This document shows positions 1-9,242 of a stretch of DNA of 64,000 bases, one piece after another. Position 1 is the first letter of the stretch. Every line of letters begins with the position of its first letter. Location of the stretch: positions 377,944 to 441,943 of the forward strand of contig JBBAKX010000002.1 in assembly GCA_040403315.1 (NCBI GenBank), read 5' to 3'. Both the position numbers and the translations under genes were made by a program. The notes beneath the pieces were generated by a model, which made no database searches, was not told the origin of the DNA, and worked only from the letters and a program-made list of their open reading frames with translations. Source of the DNA: Flavobacteriales bacterium. Its GTDB lineage: Bacteria > Bacteroidota > Bacteroidia > M30B66.

Positions 1-369
1 GGTGTCCATAACCCAAATATTGTCGGCACCATCAGCGTCAGAAGTGAAGGAAATTTGCTTTCCATTGGGTGAAAATCTAGGTTGAACTTCGTAAGCATAG
101 CCCGATCTGAGGGAGGTTGCGGACCCACCACTTGAGGGCATTGTGTAAATGTCTCCAAGAAGGTCGAAAACGATTTGCTTACCATCCGGACTTAAGTCGA
201 GGTTCATCCAAGTACCTTCGTCGAGCTTGAAACTTACGTTTTGAGCGGGCGCACCTGGGCTATTGACATTCCATTCGACAGGTGCATCTTTTTTGGCATT
301 TTTCTGCTTTTGCGCTACCAAATTTAATGATGTTAACAAACTAATTATCAAGAAATAACGAATGTTCAT
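1..369 (-). CDS. 5' part (truncated by window edge) of a secreted PD40/TolB-like beta-propeller protein, probably the amidohydrolase-PD40 family
   Basis: Manual translation from ATG at 369: MNIRYFLIISLLTSLNLVAQ...DEGTWMNLDLSPDGKQIVFDLLGDIY...QPRFSPNGKQISFTSDADGADNIWVMD. Signal peptide plus PD40 repeats. Not in the ORF track because it runs off the edge. Confidence 0.8.
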   Translation of the reverse strand, partial: MNIRYFLIISLLTSLNLVAQKQKNAKKDAPVEWNVNSPGAPAQNVSFKLDEGTWMNLDLSPDGKQIVFDLLGDIYTMPSSGGSATSLRSGYAYEVQPRFSPNGKQISFTSDADGADNIWVMDT

Positions 370-428
370 GGATGGTTTTTCGATTTGATGAATTTAATTC
401 GAATGTAGAGAAAGCAGCTTGTTTTTTT

Positions 429-510
429 GGGGCCCCGGGCGCGCCTTTCGTTTCAAGTCCTCGCACGAATAAAATTCGGTGCTGCGGGCTTTCCACTGCA
501 GTCGCTGGGC
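429..510 (+). ncRNA. Flavo-1-like structured element (RNA motif or REP-like repeat)
   Basis: GC-rich intergenic island with nested stems AAGTCCTCGC..GCGGGCTT around GCACGAAT-AAA-ATTCGGTGC. Resembles the Bacteroidota Flavo-1 motif as I recall it; not searched. Confidence 0.5.
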
Positions 511-636
511 CGAGCCTGCTTATGTGCAAATTTTAGTGAAGTATGAGCCACGATTTTGGGGTCGTTCTCGTTTTTTTTTCACAATTAATGTGAATATTTT
601 TCACTGAGAAATAGGAATCTGAAAATCCCTCAACAG

Positions 637-644
637 TACTTTTG
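637..644 (+). promoter_or_regulatory. Bacteroidota -7 promoter element upstream of tnpA
   Basis: TACTTTTG matches TAnnTTTG, about 85 nt upstream of the ATG at 729. Confidence 0.45.
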
Positions 645-728
645 AGAGAATTTGAATCCATAAATTCTATCGAAATAAGTTATTCGAATTAATGGATCAA
701 AATAAATTAACTACAAAAGAGGACCAAT

Positions 729-1175
729 ATGTCACATTCAGCATCAAAAATTTGGATTCACGCGATTTGGACAACAAAAGAGAGGAGATCGATGATTTCG
801 CCTGAAATTGAGTTGTTGTTGTTTAGTGTTTTGTCGAAGTTATTGGACGAACTTGGTTGTCCTTCGCGCATCATTAGTGGCATGTCGGACCATGTTCATT
901 GTTTGTTTTTGTTGAATCCTCAGCGTTCGGTTGCGGAAGTGTTGAAGCATTTAAAGGGGAGCAGTTCTCATTTTGTGAATTTCGAGAATTTGGTTGAAGA
1001 TAAGTTTTCTTGGCAGAAGGGATATTTGGCATTTTCGGTGTCGGATTCAGGTTTGGAGAAGGTTGTAGAGTATATAAAATTTCAAAAGGAGTACCATCAA
1101 TTGAGGAGTTATGAATTGGAGCATAACGAATTGCTTAGGATGCATGGCGTTTATCCTTCGATGAGTCTTGGGTGA
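729..1175 (+). mobile_element. tnpA: IS200/IS605-family (Y1_Tnp, HUH) transposase TnpA, solitary with no tnpB; possibly RAYT-like
   Basis: 148 aa; N-terminal HAIWTTKER, HUH motif DHVH, WQKGY, and catalytic-Tyr helix YIKFQKEYH. Confidence 0.9.
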
Positions 1176-1189
1176 GGTTCAATGTGTTT

Positions 1190-1237
1190 TCTCCTCACAC
1201 GCAATGACGGTTTAAACCGTCATTGCGTGTGAGGAGA
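1190..1237. repeat. Perfect 48-bp palindrome (REP-like or IS200 end hairpin; may also act as a bidirectional terminator)
   Basis: TCTCCTCACACGCAATGACGGTTT|AAACCGTCATTGCGTGTGAGGAGA: 24-bp arms, no spacer, starting 15 nt after the tnpA stop. Confidence 0.95.
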
Positions 1238-1306
1238 CATTAGGTAAACAAATTTCTTTGAATTCAATAAAATGCCTCCCCTATACTCCAAAAAAACTCC
1301 CAACAT

Positions 1307-1603
1307 TCAATTTAAAGAAATCGCCGGAAGTCCATTGCCTGTTGCATTGTAAAACGCCAATTCATAAACCGTTGCACTCATAAAATTTATCAAAGGAAAC
1401 GAAGAAATTATACTCATCACTTCGCTTTCGGAATCTGCATTAATTGTTGCCCATACTTTGGATCTATCTATCGACAAAGCATAGGAAAGTACCAAGCCCG
1501 TCACCATCAACTCATCTATATGCTCCCTATGTTTGGGGATTAATGAAATAAACTCCTCCGACAATTCAGCAGGTATTTCAAAATCAACAATATACTGGTT
1601 CAT
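1307..1603 (-). CDS. Muconolactone delta-isomerase/YciI-like dimeric alpha-beta barrel protein
   Basis: 98 aa; IPKHREHIDELM, SYALSIDRSKVW, SFPLINFM pattern. Confidence 0.65.
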   Translation of the reverse strand: MNQYIVDFEIPAELSEEFISLIPKHREHIDELMVTGLVLSYALSIDRSKVWATINADSESEVMSIISSFPLINFMSATVYELAFYNATGNGLPAISLN

Positions 1604-1623
1604 AATTCCTAATTTTTAACGCA

Positions 1624-1947
1624 CTAGTCCTCCAATGCTACGAATTTATCCCCTACCCTCTCCAATTCAGTACCGAAAGGAAAATGTAAATAATATCGAA
1701 TTGCTGAATCCAATACAATCACCATATCAACGTCGGTAATGAATGAATTTTGCTCATCTTCCATATATTCATCATCCTCCTCGCCTGACAAAAAACGCCA
1801 ACCGCTGTCGAAATCATCTTCTGGTTGTTCTCTGTACATAAATCCCACTTTCTTGCCATCATCTAGTATATGGCGAGTAACTAAGCAAGCTCCGTAATCG
1901 ATCGGCGGACGATTCCCGCCCCCTGTTGTTTTTTTCTTCTTGTTCAC
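1624..1947 (-). CDS. DUF2185 / Imm33-like domain protein
   Basis: VGFMYREQPEDDFDSGWRFLSGEEDDEYM signature; GTG start. Confidence 0.8.
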   Translation of the reverse strand: MNKKKKTTGGGNRPPIDYGACLVTRHILDDGKKVGFMYREQPEDDFDSGWRFLSGEEDDEYMEDEQNSFITDVDMVIVLDSAIRYYLHFPFGTELERVGDKFVALED

Positions 1948-2330
1948 ACTGCAAATAATGGAAAATTCAAATTCAAAACAGTCTCAAATGAAAAAAGGTT
2001 GCAAAATCACATACCTTATAGAGTCCTTGAAGGATGAATTCGACCAATGAACAAATGCTTGAACAATGTTGCATAGCCATGCATCTTCATGGTTTTCAGG
2101 GCTTTCGCGCCGATTAGATTCTTGCTGATTTGCTTTTAACCAAAGGTGCGTTTTTTAATTTTTTCCCATATAAACTCAGCTTACGAGATGCATATAATTA
2201 GTAAAATCGTTAAACGAAGAATATTTATTAGCGGTTTAAAAACCTAAAACTAAAACCTTACGAAAACTTCTATTGAAGAATTTACTAAAAATTAAAGGAA
2301 TAACTAACCAGTTATATTTTACTTAGATAT

Positions 2331-3599
2331 TCAATTGGATATGCTCTCCGGCTGATTAGCTATTTCATTTTCATGTTTTACTAATGGCGCTTTATAATGA
2401 GCAAGCACCTTCATAGCTACAAACAAACTTAGTAAACACAGTATAGCGGCAAGTATGAATGCTGCTCCAGGAAAATAAACAGGCGCATCTTTGGCGGTAA
2501 AAGCTGAAAACAAACCTGTCATCAATGGCGGACCAATAATGGCGGTTAAACTTAGTAAACTTGTTAAAGCCCCCTGCAATTCTCCTTGCTCATTTGCAGA
2601 CACTTGACCCGACATAATCCCCTGCAACGAAGGGCCACAGATTCCACCCAAACAATATGGAATCAATGCTGCATACATCATCCAACTAGCTGTTGCAAAT
2701 CCAAAAAACGTTAAACCAATGGCATAAAGAATTAAGCCAACGTAAACCGATTTTTTTGCGCCTAATCTTGGGTTTATAAATCGGATCAATCCACCCTGAA
2801 CTAATGCTACCAATATGCCAACAAATCCTAGTGAATATCCTACCTCAGCTTCATTCCATTTGAATTGTTCCATTGTAAAAAACGACCAAGTACTTTGAAC
2901 TGCATGCGAAGCGATGTAAACCAATACCAGAGAAATCACCATTCCACCAATTACTGGAAATCTGCGCAACCTTAAAATCGCCTTAAATGGATTCGCACGT
3001 GACCATTCAAACTTTCTTCTGTTTTCGATAGCTAATGATTCCGGTAAAATAAAATACCCGTACAAGAAATTTAGAAAGGTTAACCCAGCAGCAACAAGAA
3101 ATGGAACCTGAGCTCCAAATTGACCCAATAAACCTCCAACTACTGGTCCGATGATAAACCCTAATCCAAATGCAGCGCCTACCAAACCAAAATTCTGCGC
3201 CCGTTTTTCTGGTGTGCTGATATCAGCAATATAGGCTGTTGCGGTTGTGATGCTTGCTCCCATGATGCCCGCAATTATTCGACCTAAAAACAACCAGGTG
3301 ATTGTTGGAGCATACGCCAGCAACAAGTAATCAATTGCAAAACCTAGCAACGAAAGCAATAAAATAGGTCTTCGACCATACTGATCGCTTAGGTTTCCCA
3401 AAATCGGAGAAAATACAAATTGCATAATCGCAAAGGCAAACAACAGCCATCCGCCATATTCAGAGGCAACACTTAGCGACTCACCAGTTAGTTGCTGAAT
3501 GAGTTTAGGAAAAACTGGAATGATAATGCCCAACCCTGTTACATCTATCAATAATGTAGCGAAAATAAAGCCCATCGCAGGCTTTAACCGTTTGTTCAT
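2331..3599 (-). CDS. TCR/Tet-family (DHA1) MFS efflux transporter
   Basis: Motif [15 protein letters not shown], motif [11 protein letters not shown], about 12 hydrophobic segments. Confidence 0.92.
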   Translation of the reverse strand: MNKRLKPAMGFIFATLLIDVTGLGIIIPVFPKLIQQLTGESLSVASEYGGWLLFAFAIMQFVFSPILGNLSDQYGRRPILLLSLLGFAIDYLLLAYAPTITWLFLGRIIAGIMGASITTATAYIADISTPEKRAQNFGLVGAAFGLGFIIGPVVGGLLGQFGAQVPFLVAAGLTFLNFLYGYFILPESLAIENRRKFEWSRANPFKAILRLRRFPVIGGMVISLVLVYIASHAVQSTWSFFTMEQFKWNEAEVGYSLGFVGILVALVQGGLIRFINPRLGAKKSVYVGLILYAIGLTFFGFATASWMMYAALIPYCLGGICGPSLQGIMSGQVSANEQGELQGALTSLLSLTAIIGPPLMTGLFSAFTAKDAPVYFPGAAFILAAILCLLSLFVAMKVLAHYKAPLVKHENEIANQPESISN

Positions 3600-3640
3600 G
3601 GGTTGGATGTTTTCATTGTATTTTCAATTTGTTAAAATCG

Positions 3641-3988
3641 TTAGATCTCGAATTGCTCACGTTGTTTTTTGGATAAACTACCAACTATCAAACTATATGA
3701 ATGACAGATGAGTTCCTCTAACATTTTTGCAGGAAGCGCTTCATAATTTACGGTATTCCACCATTTCTTATTCATGTGATAACCAGGTTGAATCTGCTCA
3801 TATTGCTCGCGCAATTCTACCGATCTCTCAGGATCACACTTTAAATTAATCGTGCCAACTTTATCTAATGGCAGCAATGCGAATATCTTACCTCCTATCC
3901 TCAGCGCCAATGTTTCTGGGCCAAATGGAAGATCTTCTGTAGCTTTGGGAAGCGAAATACAATATAACCGAACTGCTTCAACGTCCAT
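3641..3988 (-). CDS. MmcQ/YjbR family DNA-binding protein
   Basis: GGKIFAL, NLKCDPE, PGYHMNKKWWNTV. Confidence 0.9.
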   Translation of the reverse strand: MDVEAVRLYCISLPKATEDLPFGPETLALRIGGKIFALLPLDKVGTINLKCDPERSVELREQYEQIQPGYHMNKKWWNTVNYEALPAKMLEELICHSYSLIVGSLSKKQREQFEI

Positions 3989-3989
3989 T

Positions 3990-4475
3990 TTACTTATCGT
4001 AATTTAGTGGCAACAGATGAGAATTTTTCATCTCAGATATAATTAGCATCGTTTGAACATGGCCGATTTCCTCCATTTTACTGAATGTTGATGAAATCAG
4101 TTTCTCAAATGCTGGAATGTCCTGAACCAAGACTTTCAACAAATAATCTGCATTGCCAGTAATTTGATAGCATTCCATAATCTCTGGAATGGCGTTAATT
4201 CGTTCCTTAAATTTATTAATTACGTTTTCAACTTGCCTGCTTAAGGTAATTTGAATAAAAACGCTCACACCCAATTTCAATTTACTCTTATTTAAATGGG
4301 CGTGATAACTTTCAATAAACTTCATCTTCTCCAATTTCTTCACCCGTTCGAGGGTTGGAGCTGGAGATAAACCAATTTGGTTACTTAATTCGAGGTTGGT
4401 AATTCGACCATCTTCCTGTAGTAATTTCAGAATTTTCAGGTCGATGGAATCTAGTTTGTCGCCAGGGATACTCAT
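3990..4475 (-). CDS. Lrp/AsnC family transcriptional regulator
   Basis: LDSIDLKILKLLQEDGRITNLELS..GLSPAPTLERVKKLE, ECYQITGNADYLLK. Start moved to ATG 4475. Confidence 0.93.
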   Translation of the reverse strand: MSIPGDKLDSIDLKILKLLQEDGRITNLELSNQIGLSPAPTLERVKKLEKMKFIESYHAHLNKSKLKLGVSVFIQITLSRQVENVINKFKERINAIPEIMECYQITGNADYLLKVLVQDIPAFEKLISSTFSKMEEIGHVQTMLIISEMKNSHLLPLNYDK

Positions 4476-4524
4476 GATGTAAATGTACTCAGGAAGCAAT
4501 TAATCCCAAAGCGGAAACTTCATT

Positions 4525-6732
4525 TCAAGCGATAGGCAAATTTATTTTAAACGTTGTTCCAACTCCTTGCTCCGACTCCAACTCAATCATACCTTGAAGC
4601 TTTGAAATTGAATCTCTTACGTTCGATAAGCCCAAGCCTGAACTTCCTTCAGCATTACCAACGGTATAATATGTATCAAAAATTTTTGAATGGTGCTCAC
4701 TCGCAATACCGATCCCGTTGTCTTGAAGTGAAAATACATTCCACATTGGGAATTTTTCTACACTCACACGAACAAACTTATTCGGCTTCGCTGGATCATG
4801 GTAGCGAATTGAATTAGAGATCAAATTACTAAAAATGATTCTTAATCTTGAAGCATCCGATTGAATCACAAATTCTTCGGGAATTAAATTTTCAAACTGA
4901 ATACCAGAAGCATGAGCAGAAAATCGCAAATCATCAATAATTTCAGTTATTAAATCTGCTAGTTTTACATCCGAATGCATTACTGTTCCTCTGCTTTTCA
5001 AGGATGCAATCATATCGTTGGTGAAAGATTCTAGTTTCTTCACCGATTTCTCCATCATATTTAAATAATTGGAAAATTCGGCTGGATTCTTCTCTTCTCG
5101 AGCCAAAGTAATTAATCCATTTACAGAATTCATCGGAGCCCTTAAGTCATGCGAAAGCACTTTAATTAACTTGTCGAGCTCCTTATTATTATTCTCAATT
5201 TCAATATATTGACTCTTAAAACGGTCGTCGGCTTTTTTCCTTTCTGTAATGTCGATCATGCTCACACATACACCTAAAACAATATCGCTTTCGTCGGTAA
5301 CCGGACTAAAACTCATACCAAACCAAAATTCTACACCTGGTCTGAAACGGTACACCATTTCATCATGAACCTGCTCGCCTGCTTTTGCACGGATAAATTG
5401 GTCCGACCATAAGGCTTGCATGTCGGACAATACATAATCTACAAATGGTGTATTCTCCTGAATTTCACGCCCCATTAACTGAATACTTTGTCGATTAGCG
5501 GTTAAGTTAAACGCTTTGATTCGACCTTGTGGTTCAAGCAGGATGATTCCTTGGTCAACAGTGTTGAAAATTGAATTCAACATCGCAACTGTTTCCTTCT
5601 GCTTTTCACCATATTTTCTGCTCAGTGTGATGTCTTTACATACTCTGATGTAACCCGAAACTCGACCTTTATCGTCGTAAAGAAGAGATGCTTTATTGTC
5701 GGACCAAATTATATTGTCGTTTCGGGTGATCAGCTTGGATTCCCATTGAATCAATGATCCTCCAAAAACATCTTGCAATTCTTTTCTAACTAAGTACTTA
5801 TCGATCTCCGCATAAAGTAATTCATAACTTTTGCCGAGCATATCTTCTCTTCGATAACCGAAAGTTTCTTCAGCGCCTTCGTTCCAATACGTGATTATCC
5901 CCTTGCGATCGGTTACGAATATAGTATCCCGAACATTCTTCAAAATGTTGGCTTGGATTAGGACTTCTTCCTGAACCCTGCGTTTATCGGTTACATCATC
6001 TGCCAAAACCAGAAAACACTGGATGCCCTGAAAAATCATTTCTCTAACTCTACATTCTACATAAACAACCTTTCCATTTTTGCAGATATGTCGGAAAATT
6101 TCTGGGATATTGTAATTACCGTCATTTTCAATGATTGAGTTTAGCAATGCCTCCACTTCATCGGCTGGATGCAACTCAGTGACTTTCATTTGAAGAAATT
6201 CTTCTTCAGAATATCCAAAGTGCCAAACAGCAGACTGGTTCACTCCAACAATTTGAAAAGTATCCTTCTGCCTGATATACATAGGAATTGGATTGTTTTC
6301 GAATAGCAAACGATAAGTTTCTTGGCTTTCACGAAGCAATTCAATGCTATTTTTTCGCTCGATACTGTAAGTGATCGATTTGGCCAATAGCTTTTCTTCG
6401 AATTCACCTTTCACCAAATAGTCCTGAGCACCATTCTTTACAGCATCGTGTGCAAAACGGGTGTCGTTTAATCCCGACAAAATCAAGACAGGTGTTTGTG
6501 GCGAATGTTGGCTTATTCTAAAGAAGGAGTCGATTCCGTAACTATCTGGTAATGATAGATCAAGGAGTATCACATCGAAACTTTTGGTTTGCAAATGTTG
6601 AATCGCATGTGCAAGTGCGTCTACATGAACGATATCTTTCTGGAAATCTCTGATCTCCAAAAGCATTTGTTCAATGAGTAGGTAATCTCCTGCATTGTCT
6701 TCAACCACCAATATCTGCAACCGCCTATTCAT
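4525..6732 (-). CDS. Hybrid sensor histidine kinase, REC-PAS x3-HisKA-HATPase
   Basis: N-terminal REC (VVEDN, LLDLSLPD), PAS/PAC segments, SHDLRAP H-box, NLISNSIRY, DNGIGI, GLGL. Confidence 0.92.
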   Translation of the reverse strand: MNRRLQILVVEDNAGDYLLIEQMLLEIRDFQKDIVHVDALAHAIQHLQTKSFDVILLDLSLPDSYGIDSFFRISQHSPQTPVLILSGLNDTRFAHDAVKNGAQDYLVKGEFEEKLLAKSITYSIERKNSIELLRESQETYRLLFENNPIPMYIRQKDTFQIVGVNQSAVWHFGYSEEEFLQMKVTELHPADEVEALLNSIIENDGNYNIPEIFRHICKNGKVVYVECRVREMIFQGIQCFLVLADDVTDKRRVQEEVLIQANILKNVRDTIFVTDRKGIITYWNEGAEETFGYRREDMLGKSYELLYAEIDKYLVRKELQDVFGGSLIQWESKLITRNDNIIWSDNKASLLYDDKGRVSGYIRVCKDITLSRKYGEKQKETVAMLNSIFNTVDQGIILLEPQGRIKAFNLTANRQSIQLMGREIQENTPFVDYVLSDMQALWSDQFIRAKAGEQVHDEMVYRFRPGVEFWFGMSFSPVTDESDIVLGVCVSMIDITERKKADDRFKSQYIEIENNNKELDKLIKVLSHDLRAPMNSVNGLITLAREEKNPAEFSNYLNMMEKSVKKLESFTNDMIASLKSRGTVMHSDVKLADLITEIIDDLRFSAHASGIQFENLIPEEFVIQSDASRLRIIFSNLISNSIRYHDPAKPNKFVRVSVEKFPMWNVFSLQDNGIGIASEHHSKIFDTYYTVGNAEGSSGLGLSNVRDSISKLQGMIELESEQGVGTTFKINLPIA

Positions 6733-7296
6733 TTTCTTTGAATAACGCGATTAGCAAGCGATTGATATAATTGCACACCAAGATACTTTGTAGTACTCCT
6801 GCTTCATAAGTATAGATTTCCGTATTCAATACGAAACCAAGTTGTTTGAGTTACATTTAGATAAAACCGATAAATAAAATAAGTTTTTGGATTTCACTTT
6901 TGTTTAAGTCTGTAAAGCTATTCAATAGATAAATGAAATACAAAACATTCAACTCAAATTTAATTTTCAGGATTTATAATGCATGCAGATAAAACCATTT
7001 TGAATTTTACAAAATGATTAGGCATTCTTAAGGGTGGAACTTCTATTTGCCAAAATCAAAATCTGAAGCCGTTTTTCAATCAGTAGTAACACAAAAATAA
7101 GTTAGACACAGTATAAATAACAGTTATTAAATCAATAGCCTCCACCCTTCTAACTGCACGTTTCCTGCACTGCTCTTCATTTTGTAAAAAAACGAATCTT
7201 AAGATAAGTTCGATTTCGTCGAATTCCACGTTTGGCGTAGAACATATTACAGGTTAGATCCATTTTTTTGTAAATTGTAATTGAATTTTCGAGCCT

Positions 7297-9093
7297 GTGC
7301 TGATGGAAAGTAAAATCACGAATGCGTCATTGTTCAAGACCTTGTTCAGCAAGAGCATTCATGCAGGCTGTTTAACGGATGCAGAATTTAATCTGATCGA
7401 TTACAATACTGCCTTCTTAGGAATGCTTCACCTGGGATCTGATATAGAAGGTAAGTCCCTTTGGGAAGTCTTTACTGCAGTAGGTTTAAATCCAGCCGAC
7501 TTACCCAAACTCAATCAGCTAATAAAACAATTGCATTTAGGAGAGCCTTTTACAGGAAAACTAAGGATCAACACTAAAAATGCAAGAAGATTAAAAATAG
7601 ATTTCACGGGGCATTCACTTGGGCATGGAGGGGATTTTAAATATTATTTTGAATTTACCGATTTAACAGCAGAGATTGAAGTTAGAAAAGCGTTGCGCGC
7701 CTCAATGAGTAGCTTGCAAATTGCGACCGATATCTCAAATCTTGGGATATTTGATTACGACTTTAGAACAGAAAAGTGGTTGCTTAATCCACGGTTTTAT
7801 CAGATTCTCGGAATCTCAATGTCTATTGGTGATAATATTGAGAATACTGTAAATAGCATTATTCAGCCGGAAGATTTTCCAATGTTGCTATCCGAATGGG
7901 TCGACAAAAAAACAAATGGCGATAAGCTTGATATCATTTTCAGAATCATTCATCCCAAGGAAGGAATTAAGTACGTAAAATGTATTGGAGAATGCTTAAA
8001 AGACACCCAAAATCAACCATGGAGATTTGTAGGAACCGTTCAAGATATATCTGAGCAAATTATTCAAGAGAAAAACTTAATAAGCGAAGAACGGTGGAAA
8101 TTCGCTGTTGAAGGAGATAAAAATGGAATCTGGGATTGGAATGTATTGATAGACGAATTGTTTTTCAGTGAATCGTGCTATACGATTCTAGGGTACTCGA
8201 AAAATGATTATTTACTAAAGGAAGTGAATACATGGATTGCAGAAATCCATCCAGACTATCTTGGTCAAGTTGAACTAACTGCTGGAAAAATGCGAACTGG
8301 TGAAATTGATTCCTTCCATGTTGAAATGCGTTTAAAATGTGCAGATGGTTCATACAAATGGATTTTAAACCGAGGCAAGACATTTAAACGCGACGTATTA
8401 GGCAAACCGATGAGGATCTTAGGGCTGTAGTCGGATATTACAAAATCAAAATCTGATGAAGTCAAAATCAAAGAATATGTAAGCAATCTTGAAAAATTTG
8501 CTACACTTACATCACACGAATTGAGGCATCCAGTGGCTAAAATCATGGCAATTTCAAATCAATTGAAAGAATTTGGATTAAATGAAGCTGAAGTTAGCCA
8601 ACTTTTGCATAATCTTGCTATTACTGCAGATGAATTGGATTCAGTAATAATTGAGATGAGCGAATTAGTGGCCACGGAGAAACAAAAAATTGAGCATATG
8701 GATATGAGCAAAACACAAAGCACAGAAAATCACCAGTCTATTTGGTTCATCGACGATGATGTAATCAATAATTTGCTTAATGAAAGGCTACTTAAAAAGC
8801 ACTTTCCTTCTATAGTTTGCAAAACGTTTAGTGAAGCCGAAAGGGCTTTTGAAGAACTATCTTCCAATGCCGATGGGCTTCCAGATGCCATTTTTCTCGA
8901 CATCAATATGCCAGTGATGAATGGCTGGGACTTTCTCGACAATATGCTCAGCAAGAAGTTAAATCTCATGGTTTACATGCTCACATCTTCGATAGATCCA
9001 AAAGATGAGGAAAAAGCATTGGCATATTCTGCAGTAAAAGATTTTATTTCGAAACCATTAAAAGAAGAACGACTTCGAAAAATTATCGGCTAA
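7297..9093 (+). pseudogene. PAS x3-HisKA-REC protein interrupted by one in-frame TAG at 8428-8430 (pseudogene, sequence error or readthrough)
   Basis: ORFs 7297-8430 and 8521-9093 are in the same frame. Reading through gives RILGL*SDITKSK...FATLTSHELRHPV, then a REC domain (FIDDD, FLDINMP, ISKPL). Confidence 0.75.
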
Positions 9094-9242
9094 ACATTTG
9101 CCTGTTGGTTGATCAATATCTATCTATATATTACTGTATAAAAATCCGAAGCTCAAACTAAAGCTGCAGAATTATGATCTAATTTTCCATTAAATCATAA
9201 CTAGTTTACCCTGCGGCGTCAAAATCAATATTTTCGGCAAAA

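Noticed and set aside
341-529. 62-aa minus-strand ORF
   Set aside because: It overlaps the structured element and the start of the real gene; the translation is not protein-like.
1-2330. dif site or replication terminus at the skew switch
   Set aside because: No TTATGTTAAA-like XerD arm was found by eye; kept only as an alternative explanation.
8428-8430. Genome-wide TAG reassignment or pyrrolysine
   Set aside because: Conserved genes (pyrE, DUF4139, DUF2185) end normally at TAG, and no pyl genes or suppressor tRNA are visible in the window.
8521-9093. Independent response regulator starting at TTG 8521
   Set aside because: The start falls inside the HisKA H-box; it is better explained as the 3' part of the upstream gene.
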